Assembly: GCF_009914755.1 (NCBI RefSeq) | Contig: NC_060940.1 | From: the human T2T-CHM13v2.0 reference genome, Homo sapiens | Strand: one strand, 5' to 3' | DNA: 64,000 nucleotides | Part shown: positions 14,501 to 28,279 of the stretch, in pieces | Layout: each line of letters opens with the position of its first letter | How positions within the stretch are numbered: position 1 is the stretch's first letter | Notes under the pieces: model-generated | What the model was told of the DNA's origin: nothing | Databases searched by the model: none | Seen by the model: only the letters and a program-made list of their open reading frames with translations | Program-made: the position numbers and the translations under genes

Positions 14501-15385
14501 TTTATGTCATTTCATGTCATCATTTCATCACATCTCGTCTCCTCATCTTTTCATCTCATCATTTCATCTCATTTCATCTCATCATTTCAACTCATTGCAT
14601 CTCATCTCATCATTTCCATTTCATTATTCCATTTCATCATTTCATTTCATTATTTCATTTCATTATGTCATTTCATCTCATCACATTTCATCTCATCTCA
14701 TTTCATCTCATCATTTCATCTCATCATTTCATCTCATTATTTCATCTGATTTCATGTCATCATTTCATCTCATTTCATCACATCTCATCATTTAATCTCA
14801 TCATTTAATCTCATTTCATCTCATCATTTCATCATTTCATCTCATCATTTCTTCTCATCTCATCATTGCCATTTCATTATTTCATCATTACATTTCATAA
14901 TTTCCTTTCATTATTTGATTTCATCTCATTTCATTATTTCATCTCATTTTTCATCTCATTTCATCTCATCATTTCGTCTTATCATCTCATCTTATTTCAT
15001 CATTTCATCTTATCGTTCATCTCATTTCATCTCATCATTTTATCTCATTATATCATCTCATCTCATCTCAATTTCATTATTTCATATCATTTCATTTCAT
15101 TATTTCATTTCATTTCTTCTCATCATTTCATCTCGTTTCATCTCATCATTTCATCCATCATCTCATTTCATGTCATCTCATCTCCTTTCAATTTCTTTTC
15201 AATTTTGTCATTTTATCTCATCATTTCATCTCATCATTTCTACTCATCATTTCATCTCAAAATTTCATCTCATCATTTCATCTCATCATTTCATCATTTC
15301 ATCTCATCATTTCATCTCATCTCAAGTAACCTTATCACTTCATCTAAGTGAAATGATGTAATGGAATCATGAAATGAAATGGATA
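11525..15385. repeat. Degenerate pentameric satellite (CATTT/CATCT)n, HSat2/3-like, with higher-order structure
   Basis: ~3.9 kb of tcatctcatcatttca-type units that almost lack G on the + strand. Internal periods of 112 bp and ~1121 bp. Confidence 0.9.
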
Positions 15386-15499
15386 GGATGCCCTCAGTGA
15401 TGTTAAATTTAAAAATTGTTTTCATGTATTCATTTTTATATTTATATGTATTTATATTTATATTTACTTATATTTCTTTTTACTTATTTTTATTTATAT

Positions 15500-15965
<466 letters not shown>

Positions 15966-16354
15966 TAAGTAATATGAATATTCTGTACAGGAAATATGCC
16001 CTTAATTACATAGGAATAAACATTTGTTACACTGAGAAAAAATCTAATAGAGCTAAAAATAAAAATTAGTTTGGAGAGGTCATTAGATACTCATACATTC
16101 TTACGTTTATATATTCTTTCATATATTCATATATTCTTTTAACAGTATCAATGGTTTGGAGTTATGTGTACAAAACCATGACCTACATGTAATACAACTA
16201 ATAACAAGCACTTACAATTCAAGGCATATTATATACAAAGCTTTAACTTCTCATCTTCAGATTTTGTTTTTTTTCTTTCTGTTTTGGCAGATACTATGAA
16301 CACAACATTCAACTCACAGACACTATGGAGCCCTTACTAAGCATAAAGTACTGT

Positions 16355-19300
16355 GAAAGGCCAGGGCTAGGACAGAACTGAGACAGGGCCAGGGATAGGA
16401 CAGAACCGGGGCAGGGTCATGGCCAGAGAAAAACCAGGGGCAGGGTCACAGCCAGGGACATAAGAGGACCAAGGCCAGGGCCAGAAGTAGGGCAGAACCA
16501 GGGCCAGGGCAGGGACATGGCAGGGGCAGGGCCAGGGCCATGGCAGGATCAGGGCCAGCAGAAGGCCAGGGCAGGGCTAGGGTAGCACAGGGCCAAGGCA
16601 GGGCAGGGTCAGTGTAGAGCAAGAAACGGGCCAGGGTATGGCAGGGCAGGGACAGGGAGGTCCAGGGCCAGAGTCAGGTCCAGGACATGGACAGGGCAGG
16701 GCCAGAAACATGGCAGGACCAGAAAGGGGAAAGGGCAAGGGCAAGGCCAGAGAAGGACCACAGTAAAAACATGGCCAGGGAGGGTCCAGGGCAAGGGCAA
16801 GGCCATGGCAGAACCAGAGCCAGGGCAGTCCAAAGGCAGGGCCAGGGCAGGGCCAGTGTAGGGTGAGGGTAGGGCCAGGGCAAGTTCAGGGCCAGGGCAG
16901 GACTAAGATAGCACAGGGCCAAGGCCAAGGCCCTGTACTAAGATAGCACAGGGCCAGGGCAGGGCCAAAGGAGGGGCCAGGGCCAAGCATGGCCAGTGTG
17001 CGGCCTGGGGATTGTCAGGGCCAGGGCCAGGGTCAAGGCTGAGCCAGGAACAGGGCCAGAGCAAGGGCAGGGCCAGGGAGAAGGCAGAACCAGAGAGGAT
17101 CCAGAGAAAGGGCAGGGCCAGGGCAGAACCAGGACCAGGATAAGGCAAAGCCAAGGCCAGGGCAGGGCAAGGCCAGGGCAGGGCAAGACCAGGGAAGGGC
17201 AAGGCCAGGGTAGAAATGGCCAGTGTACGGCCAGGCCAGGGTAGGAAAAGGCCACGGTAGGGCCAAGGCCAAGGCGGGGCAGGGCTAGGGTAGCACAGGT
17301 CATGGCCAAAAACAGGGCAGGGCCATAGCAGTGGCAGGACTAGCAACAGGGCCAGGGTAAGCGCTGGACCAGAGCATGGTGGGGACAATACAGGGCCAGG
17401 ACAGATGATGGCAAGGCAGGTCCAGGGTCATTTCATGGACTCGGTAGGCCTGGGGTCAGGCCAGGGCAGGGAAAGGGCAAGGCCAGGGAGAAGGCAGGGC
17501 CAGGGCCAAGGCACTGCCAGGGCAGGGCAGGACCAGTGCAGGGTGAGGGAAAGGCCAGGGCATGGAAGGGCAGGGCAGGACCAAGGAAGGGCCAGGAGAA
17601 TGCCACGGCAGGGTCAAGGCCAGAACAAGGGTACGGGTGGGGTCAGAAATATGGTAGGGCAAGGGCTGGGCCCAGGCTGGGACATGCAGGGCAGAGCATG
17701 GCCTGTGCAAGGCAGGGCCAGAGCCAGGCCATAGAGATGGGAGGGCAACACCAAGGCAGAGTCAGGGTAGATCCAGGGCTGAGCAGAGTCAGGGCAGGTC
17801 CAGAGTCGAGGCAGAGCTAGGGCCCAAGCAGGGCCATGGCAGCACCAGGGCAGAAAAGGGCAGGGCAATGCAGGACTGGGCCATGGCAGTGCCTGGTCAA
17901 CTCTGGGGCAGGGCCAGAAGCAGGACAGGGCCAGGGCCAATGCTCAGACCAGGGACAGGGCATGACAGGAAGTGCCAGAGCAGGGCTGGGCCAACGTTGG
18001 GACAGGGCAAATCAGACCAGGACACCTCCAAGTCCAGCTCTGGCCCTGCCTTGGCCCTGGCCCCTTCCTGACCTGACCTTGTCCCTGGCCCTGCCCTATC
18101 CATGCCCTGTGTGTTTGACCAGTGTTTTATAACCAGAATCCTATAAGAAACTTAAATCAGCTCTTTTTGTGCATTTTTAGTAGAGATGGGGTTTCACAAT
18201 GTTGCCCAGGCTGGTTCCAAACTCCTGAGCTCAAGCCATTTGCCTGCCTTGGCCTCCCAAAGTGCTGGGATTACAGGAGTAATCTGGCCAAGTATTTAAC
18301 TTCTTTATGCCTGTTTCCTACATTTGGAAAATGGGGATGCTTTAAGTACCTAGCACCTAGAATTATTGTGAGAATCAATGCCTCACATATTTACATATTG
18401 ATAAAATTGTACTCATAGAACACTACTGGAAGCAAAGATAGTATTAGTTAAAATTTAGTGATTATTTACTGCAAATATTATTACTATTACAAACAACATA
18501 GTATAGACATTATTACCACTACTATAGTTATCTTAAAAATCTAAAATAAAAATTTTATGTGATAGCCTAATGTAATCTCTCCTGCTCTGCCCCGGCTCAG
18601 CCCTAGTGCCGGCTCTGCCCCTAGTCCTACCACATCACTGGCCCTGACCCTTCCCTGGTCCTGCCGCTGCCCCGGCCCTTCCCATCTTCAGGCCTTACCA
18701 TGGCCCTACCCTGGTCCTGACCCTGGCCCTACCCCAGAGAAGGGGTATGGCAGAGCCAGGGAAGGGCCGGGGCAAATAAGGGACAGGACACATCCAAATC
18801 CAGGAAAGGGCCAGGGCCATGACAGAGCCAGGGCGAGTCCTTGGCAGGGCCAAGTTCCAGGCCAGGGCCAGGAAAGGGTCATGGCAGGGTCACTGTACGG
18901 CCAAGGTCCAGGCCAAAGCCAAGGCAGGGGCAGGGGCAGGCCTGCATAAGGGCAGGACCAGAGCCAGTGATACGGCAGGGCCAGGGCTGTGCCAGGACAG
19001 AACAAGAGCAGAGCAGGGCAGGACCAGAGCCAGGCCATAGAGAGAGTAGGGCAAATGCCAAGCCAAGGCCAGGGTAGTGCCAGGGCTGAGGCAAGGTCAG
19101 GGAAGGTCCAGGGCTGAGTCAAGGCTGGAACCAAGACAGGGGCAAAGGCCGGGGCAGATCTAGGGCACAAGCAGGGCAGGCTAGGGCAGGCCAATGGCAA
19201 GACCAGGCCATGGCAGGGCCAGCCCAGGATAGAACAGGGCACAGGCAGGGCGGGGCCGGGGCCACGGCTGGGGCAGGACAAGGACCAGTACTGGGGTCCA

Positions 19301-22230
19301 GGCCAGGGCAAAGGTATAGCCAGGGCAGAGGTAGGGCCAGAACCAGGGTCTGGGTAGGACCAAGGAGGGTCCATTGCAGGGCCAGGGTTCAGACCAGGGC
19401 CAGAACAGGGCTGGGACAGGGCCAGGGCCAGGACCAGGAAAGGGCAATGTCAGGATAAGAGCCATGGCAGGACCAGCAATGGGGCTAGGGCCAGGACAGG
19501 GACAGGGTCAGGGCTAGGGCCAGAATAGCATGCCAGGGTAGAGCCAGGCCAAATTAGGGCCAGGACAGGGTCAGGACCAGGGCTGGGACAGGGTATGGCC
19601 TTAAGTAGCAAAGGGCCAGGGCCAGGGTCCATGCCAGTGACAGCGCTGGTCCAGGGCAGAGGCAGGGCCATGGCCAGGTCAAGGACAAGGCTGGGGCAGG
19701 GCCAAGGTCTGGGTCAGGGTCAGCACGAGACCAGGACAGAGCCAGGAGAGGGACAGGGCCATGGTAGGGCCAGGTTAAATCAGGGACAAGACACCTGCAA
19801 ATCCAATTCAGGGCCGGGGTCAGGGCAGGGCCAGTTCAGGGCCAGGGCCAAGACAGGGCCAGGGCCAGGGCTGTCAGGGTCATTGGCAGGGCAAGGGCCA
19901 TGGCAGGAGTAGGGTCAGGAGCAGGGGTCAATGCCAGGCCAACGCCACAGATAGGACCAGGTATGTGCTAGGGCCAAGGCGGGGTCAGGGCAGGGCCAAA
20001 GGGAGGGCAGGGCCAGGGCAGGTCTATGGCTGGGGCCGGGGCAGGGCCAGGGCCGGGGCAGGGCCACGACAGTGGCAGCTCCAGGACAGGGCCAGGGTTA
20101 GGACCACGGACATGTCCAAGGCCAGTGCCAGGGCAAGGACAAGGGCAGGGGCAGGGCCAGGGTCATCTAAGAACCAGGGACAAAGCCAGGCCCAGAGCAG
20201 GGCCAGGACAGGTACCTGGCAGGGCTAGGGTCTGGGGCAGGGCCATGGCAGGGCCAGGGCCACAACCAGGTCTGCGCTATGGCCAGGTACAACACAGTGC
20301 CCAGGTAAGGCTAGGATGAAGGCCAAGGTAGGGCCAGGGCAGGGTCAAAGCCAGGCTAGGGCCAAGGCAGGACCAGGGCCGTCAAGGAAGGGCCAGGAAA
20401 GCATAGGGCCAAGGCAGGGCAGGGCCAGGCCAGTGCCAAGACCTGGGCAGGGCCAGGGAACAGCCAGGGGAGGGCCAGGGCCAGGGCCTGGGCAGGACCA
20501 GGTTTGGGGCAGGAGCAAAACAAGGGCAAGGACAGTGCAGGATCTTGGCACAGCCAGGGTCCAGGACAGTGTCAGGGCAGGGCCAAGGCAGGGTCTGGGC
20601 CATGATAAGACCAGCAACAGGGCTGGGGCTAGGCCAGTGACAGGACCAGAGTCAGGGCAAGGGCCAGAGCAGTGCAAGGCCAGGGTAGGGCCAGGCATTT
20701 CAGGGTCAGGGCCAGAGGAGAACCAGGGCAAGGTCTCAAGCAGGGAAGGGCCAGGGCCAGGCCAGGGCCAGGACAGGGCCAGGACAGGTCCAGGGCAGGG
20801 CCATGACAGGGCCAGGGGCTGTGTTAGGGCAAGGGCAGGGCCAGAGCAAGGTAAGGGTCAGGGCCAAGGCCAGGGTAGGGACAGGGCAAGAAATATGGCA
20901 GGACCAGGGGCAATGCCAAGGCCAAGGCTGGGCCAGGGCTGAGCCAGGGCTGAGTCAGGGCAGGGCAGGGCAGGGCATGGTATGGCCAGTGCAGGACAGG
21001 ACAAGAGCCGGTCCACAGAGAGAGCAGGACTGATGCCAAGAAAGAGCCAGGCTAGTGCCAAGGCTGAGGCAGTGTCAGAACATGTCCAGGGCAGGGCCGG
21101 GCCCAGGGCCAGAACTGAGCCAGGGCACAGCCAAGGCAGGGTACGGCAGGGAAATAGCATGGCCGGGTCAGTACTGGGACAGGGCAGAGCAGGGCAAGGC
21201 AATGGTAGGGGCAGGGCAGGGACAGGCCAATGCAGAGCCATGTTACGCCGGGGCCAGGACACCTCCAAGTCCACTTCAGGGCCAGGGCTATGGCAGGACA
21301 AAGACCAGGGCCAGGGTCAGGGCCAGGTCTGTGCTAGGGCCAGCTCCAGAGCAGGGCCTAGCGAAGACTAGGGTGAGGGCCAAGGTAAGGCCAGGGCAGG
21401 GTCAAAGGCAGAGTAGGGCCAGGGCAGGGTGATGACACATCCAGAGCACAGCAGGGCAGGGTGATGGCCAGACCAGGGGCAGACCACTGCCAGCTCAGGG
21501 CCAGGGAAAGGCCAGTGCAGAGCCAGGAGAGGGTCAGGGCCAGGAACAAGGCAGAGCAGGGCCAGGGCCATGGCAGAGTCAGGGCAGGTCCTTGACAGGA
21601 CCAGGTTCCAGGCCAGGGCCAGGGCAGCAGCAGGGGCAGGGCCTGGATAAGGGCAGGGCCAGGGGTATGGCAGGACCAGGGCTAGGGCCAGGGCCAGGCC
21701 GTAGTGAGGGCAGGGCAAAAGTCGAGGCAGGGTCTGGGCAGGTCCAGGGAGTGGCCAGCACCAAGCGGGGCCGAGGTACAACCAGTGCAGGGTAAAGCAG
21801 GGCAATGGCACCACTGGGCCATGACAGGGCAAGGTCAGTGCCAGGAGAAGGCAGAAAAGGCAGGCCCATGGTAGGGCCAGGGCAGGGATGGGCCAAAGCA
21901 AGACCAGGACATGTCCAAGGCCAGGTCAGGGCCAGAACAGGAGTAGGACCATGACCACTGGCAGGGCCAGTGCCATGACATGACCAGGGTCAGGACAAGG
22001 GGTAGGGCCAGAGCCAGGGCCAGAGCCAAGGTCAGGCCAGTGCAGGTTCAGGGCAGGGCCAGTGCCGGTTCAGGGCAGGGCCAGTGCCAGGGCAAGACCA
22101 GGGCAGGGACAGGGTAGCACAGGGCCAAGACAGGGTCAGGATGGGACCAGAGCAGGACAGGGCCGAGACAGTCCATGTAACAGTAGGGCAGGTACAGGGC
22201 AATGCAGGGCAAAGCCAGGCCCATTGCCAA
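16355..22230 (+). repeat. GC-rich CAGGG(C) degenerate repeat array, interrupted at ~18110-18580
   Basis: Continuous cagggc/ccaggg/caggac units with strong G/A skew on +. Orientation is reversed at ~18040-18110 and ~18580-18735. This repeat class is known from pericentromeric duplication junctions. Confidence 0.9.
18160..18400. mobile_element. Alu monomer fragment (-) followed by MIR-like fragment, embedded in the CAGGG array
   Basis: 18165-18290 is a reverse Alu left arm (tttagtagagatggggtttcac...cccaaagtgctgggattacagg). 18295-18380 resembles the MIR core (cctgtttcctacatttggaaaatgggg...attgtgagaatc). Confidence 0.6.
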
Positions 22231-22269
22231 TGCACCAGCCTTCCCTACAAGGCTCCTACCACCTGGCCA

Positions 22270-23490
22270 CTGCTGCAGCCCGTCCATCGCTGTAAGCCTG
22301 AGCCCCAACCCTGGCTGCAGCCGCCTGCCCTCCTAGCGCGGCCGCTCTCCTACCGCTCTGGCGCACTGCAGTCTCTGTCGCTGCCACCCACCCGCAGTGA
22401 GGCAAGTCGTGGTGTCGCAGGCTCTAGGTGTCTCCTCCTCCTCCTGGCATGGAGCAGCTGGGTGGGCAAAGCCAGAAAAGCCTAGAGGAAGATGTGAGGG
22501 GTGGAAGGGTTAGAGCCTCAACTTGTCATGCTGGCCACTGGGTGGCAGGGGCCAGTTTCAGCAAAGGCACTCACACCCACCCTCCAAAGTCCAGCCTCTC
22601 CTTTTGGTCCAAGCTGGCCAGGAACTGGGGTCTGGGGAGGGTGCTGGAGACACCACAGCACCCAGCTCCCCACTCCACAGGAACCATTGGGCCCACCGGG
22701 GCTGCACTCCTCGGGGAGCAGGAGAAGCAGAAAAATTCAGACCCAGCCAGCCCTCTGCACCCAGGTGCCAATTCCTGTTCCAGACGCCTCCACACACAGG
22801 GCCCTGTCCCCCGTGGTGTCCCCAGGGGTGCCTGGCAGCCTCTGAGGCACAGACCCAGAGTGCACAGGCCCAGGAACCATGGTGGGTGTGGGGGCTCTGC
22901 CGTGCTCAGGATTCCCACGCAAATGCTGCGTGCCTGCCGCATTCCAGTATGACCAAGAGTGGGTCGCCCTCTGGAGTGTGGAGTCAGGGAGAGGAGAACC
23001 ACTCCTTCCTTGGATGCCAACTCTGCTGACCACTGCCAGCAGTGCAGCCCCTGATAGCACTGAACTCGCCCCCACTCCACGGCTAGTCCTGCCCTCAATA
23101 GCGCCCCCCACCTCCATCCCCCAATGCCGCCAGTAGCGTATACCTGATAGTGCCCTAACCTGTCCTCCTCCATGGGCATTGCAGCCCCAGAAAGTGCCCA
23201 TAACCCACCCTCCCTGCCATGGGAAGTGCAGCCCTGTACAGTGCTACCAAGCAGTACCCCTAATGCAGGCAATGACACCCTGGATAGCACCCCCAACCCA
23301 CCCCACACTGTGAAAGGTGCAGCCCTGGATAGCCCCTGTCCTACCACTCTGGTCGTGCTGCAGTCTCTGTCACCGCCACCACCAACCATAGTGAGGCAAG
23401 CCAGTGGGCCACAGGCTCTAGCACTCAGCAGCCAGACATGGAGCAGCTCTCGCCGATGACCAGCTCCTACCACTCTGACCACGCTGCTAT
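22270..23490. repeat. GC-rich REP522-like repeat with internal ~45-bp degenerate minisatellite (23030-23345)
   Basis: Recurrent gcagtgcagccc(c/t)(g)gatagc(a/g)ccc units. A ~65-bp direct repeat (ctgcagtctctgtc...gtgaggcaag...caggctctag) lies at ~22367 and ~23358. Family name is from memory. Confidence 0.55.
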
Positions 23491-23494
23491 CTCC

Positions 23495-24700
23495 GTGGCC
23501 ATCTTCTTTGACTACAAAGGAATAAAACTAGATATCAATAAGAAGAGTAATTTTGGAAACAATACAATCACATGGAAGTTAAACACTACCCACCTGAATA
23601 AATGACTAGCGGGTCAATGAAGATACTAAGACAGAAATTCAAAAATTTCATGAAACAAAGGGTAACGAAAACACAGTATACCAAAACTTGTTATGCAGAA
23701 AGCAGTACAAAGGCAGAGATTTACAGCTATAAGTGCCTACCATCCAAACAAAAGAAAAACTTCAAATAAACAATACATCTTAAATAACTAGTAAAGTAAG
23801 AACAAACTAAACCAAAAATAAGAAAAATAAATAAGATCATAGCAGAAATAAAATTGAAAGAAAAAACACACAAGATGAAATGAAAAGTTGGTTTTCTGGA
23901 AAGCAAAACAAAATTGACAAACTTTTAACCAGGCTAACTAAGAAAAAAGAGACAAGATTCAAATAAATAAAATCAACAGATTAAAAAAGGCAGACATTAC
24001 AACTAATACTTCAGAAATTCAAAGGATCATAACTGGCTATTATATGCCAATAAATTGGAAAGCCTAGTAGAAATTGGCAAATTCCTAGATGCATACAACC
24101 TACTTAGGTTGAACAATGAAAACATCCAAGACCAGAACAGATTGGTAACAAGTAATGAGATTGAAGCCATCAGAAAAAGTCTCCCAGTAAAGAAAAGCCC
24201 AGGAACTGATGTCTTCACTGCTGATGGCTTCACACCAAACAATTTAATGACCTAGTACAAATCCTACTCAAACTATTTTGAAAAACAGGAGGGAATACTT
24301 CCAAACTTGTTCTATGAGACCATTATTACTGTGATACCAAAATCAGACAAAGGCATCAAAGAAGGAAACTACAGGCCAGTATCTCGAATATTGATGCAAA
24401 AATCCTCAACGAAATACCAGTGAATCAAATTCAGTAAAACATTAAAAAGATAATTCATCATGATCAAGTGGGATGTATCCCTGGGATGCAAGGGTCACTC
24501 AACATACAATGTGATACATCATATCAACCAAATAAACGACAAAAACAGTATGATCATGTCAACTGAAACTGAAAAAGCATTTGATGAAATTCAATATCCC
24601 TTCATGCTATTAATCCTCAAATAAACGGGTACAGAAGAAACATACCACAACATAATAGAAACTACAGGAAAGACACCCAAAGCTAGAATCATATGGAGAG
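23495..24700 (+). mobile_element. Old L1 (L1M/L1PB) ORF2 fragment
   Basis: Degenerate ORF2: ORF 24055-24255 reads EIGKFLDAYNLLRLNNENIQ...SPGTDVFTA. Also aatattgatgcaaaaatcctcaac. Confidence 0.85.
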
Positions 24701-25555
24701 AGGTCCAGGCTGCAGTGGGCTGTGATCCCACCACTGCACTCCAGCCTGGGCAACAGAGTGAAAGCCTGTCTCAAAAAAAAAAAATACATAAAAAGAGGTA
24801 TGAGCCCCTTTTATAGGTGCAGTGACTCACATCTGTAATGCTAACACTTTCTGGGAGGCTGAGGTGAGAGGATCTCTTGAGGCCAGGAGTTCAAGATCAG
24901 CCTGGGCAAAATAGCGAGACCCTTTATCTACAAAAAAATTTTAAATATTTGCCAGGTGTGGTGGCACGTGCCTGTAGTCTCAAACAATTATCATATGACC
25001 CGGATAGTGTATTCCTTAGGGATATACCCAAGGGAAATGAAAATATACATCCACACTAAAATTTGTACACAAATGTTCACAGCAGCATTGTGCATAATAC
25101 CCAAAAATTGGAAAAAAAACTCAAGTGCCTATCAATAGAGGAACTGATAAAATATGGTATATCCATTCAAAAGATTACTCAGCATTAGAAAAGAGTGAAG
25201 TGCTGATATACGCTACAGCATGGATAAACCTTGAAAACACTGTGCCAAGTGAAATAAGTCAATCACAAAAGACCATATGTAGTAAGATTTCATTCTGTGA
25301 AACCTCCAGAACAGCTAAACTCAGAGACAGAAAGTAAGCTAGTTATTGCCAGGGACTAGGGGAAAAGGGAATAAGGATGACTGCTAATGGGTATGGGATT
25401 TCTTGTGGACTGATGAAAATGGTCTGAAAGTATCTAGATACCTGTCTTGTTTGTGCGATTCTGTGAACATATTATAAACCACAAAATTCTGCACTCAAGG
25501 GGTTGATTTCATGGTAGGTGCATTTATCTCATTTATCTTTATCTCAATAAAGCTT
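24700..25555 (+). mobile_element. Alu fragments (24700-24980) and old L1M 3' end (24980-25555)
   Basis: Alu arm motifs, then L1MB-like ggatatacccaagggaaatgaaaa...ctcaataaagct. Confidence 0.7.
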
Positions 25556-25744
25556 TTTAAAGACACTTTAAAAAGACATATCTGTATAAGCTACAAAAAT
25601 AACACACTGAGACTAAAATGCTTAATTTTTCCATTTTTCTTCTTCAGCGCAATCTCAAGTCCAAAAGTCTTTCCTTCCTATATATGCATATTTTGTCCAG
25701 TGAAACAAGAAACTCTATTAACTTTTTTATTAGAAATAAAAAAA

Positions 25745-27590
<1,846 letters not shown>

Positions 27591-28279
27591 AGTCGATAGT
27601 GTATACTAAGCAACATATACCCTGCTTTTGCCTAGAACATACTGAAAACATGGCATTAAAAACAATCACAAAAGTTGGGAGCTGAGAAAAATATACTGTA
27701 AAACAAATCTGACAGATATTAATCTCAAGAAGCTCCTGAAAATGTCTCAAGAACTCCTATGCTGCACTCTCCCTAATAATTTAGACTTTCTACAGATATT
27801 TTCTGATCATCTACCATGTGCCAGGCACCATGCCAGGTACCAAGATGCCATGGTGAGGTATACACAAAACCGGCTCCTGCTTGCGGGAAGCCTACTCTCT
27901 CAAACAGTGCTTGCCAAGCTCGACTGATCACAACTTGGGAGCTTGTTTAAGTTCCAAATCGGCTTCCCTGCTTAGGTGAGCCACAATCCGTGGCATTTTT
28001 ATCAGGTGCTCCCAATGATTCCTACGCTCTAACGGGTTTGGGAGGAAAGGGTGGGGGTAAGCTCGAGAGCCCAGACCCATCCCGTCCAGCGGGGGCCCCA
28101 CCTCTAAAGTCCATGTCGCTCAGCATCCTTCCCCCTGACTAGTGGCCCAAACACAGCACGAAGCTGAGGTGGGTGGAACGCTGTCCAAAACAGCGCTCTG
28201 TGATGAGCCACCGACAGACTTGCTCGCCTCTGGGAACGAAGAGCTCACTCCTCACAAACCCCACCAGGGAAAGGTAGCA

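Noticed and set aside
11473-15361. Long His/Ile/Ser/Phe-rich ORFs (up to 201 aa)
   Set aside because: Artefact of a G-poor pentamer satellite that rarely forms stop codons. Open in several frames at once.
16609-22485. Many Gly/Gln/Arg- or Pro/Leu/Trp-rich ORFs on both strands, superficially collagen- or silk-like
   Set aside because: Translations of the CAGGG(C) repeat, overlapping in all frames with no splice or codon evidence.
23030-23345. Repeat-spacer-like pattern reminiscent of a CRISPR array
   Set aside because: Units are degenerate tandem copies without unique spacers, there are no cas genes, and the context is primate genomic DNA.
22571-23482. 303-aa minus-strand ORF
   Set aside because: Lies in the GC-rich REP522-like repeat, has no recognisable domain and overlaps several other ORFs.
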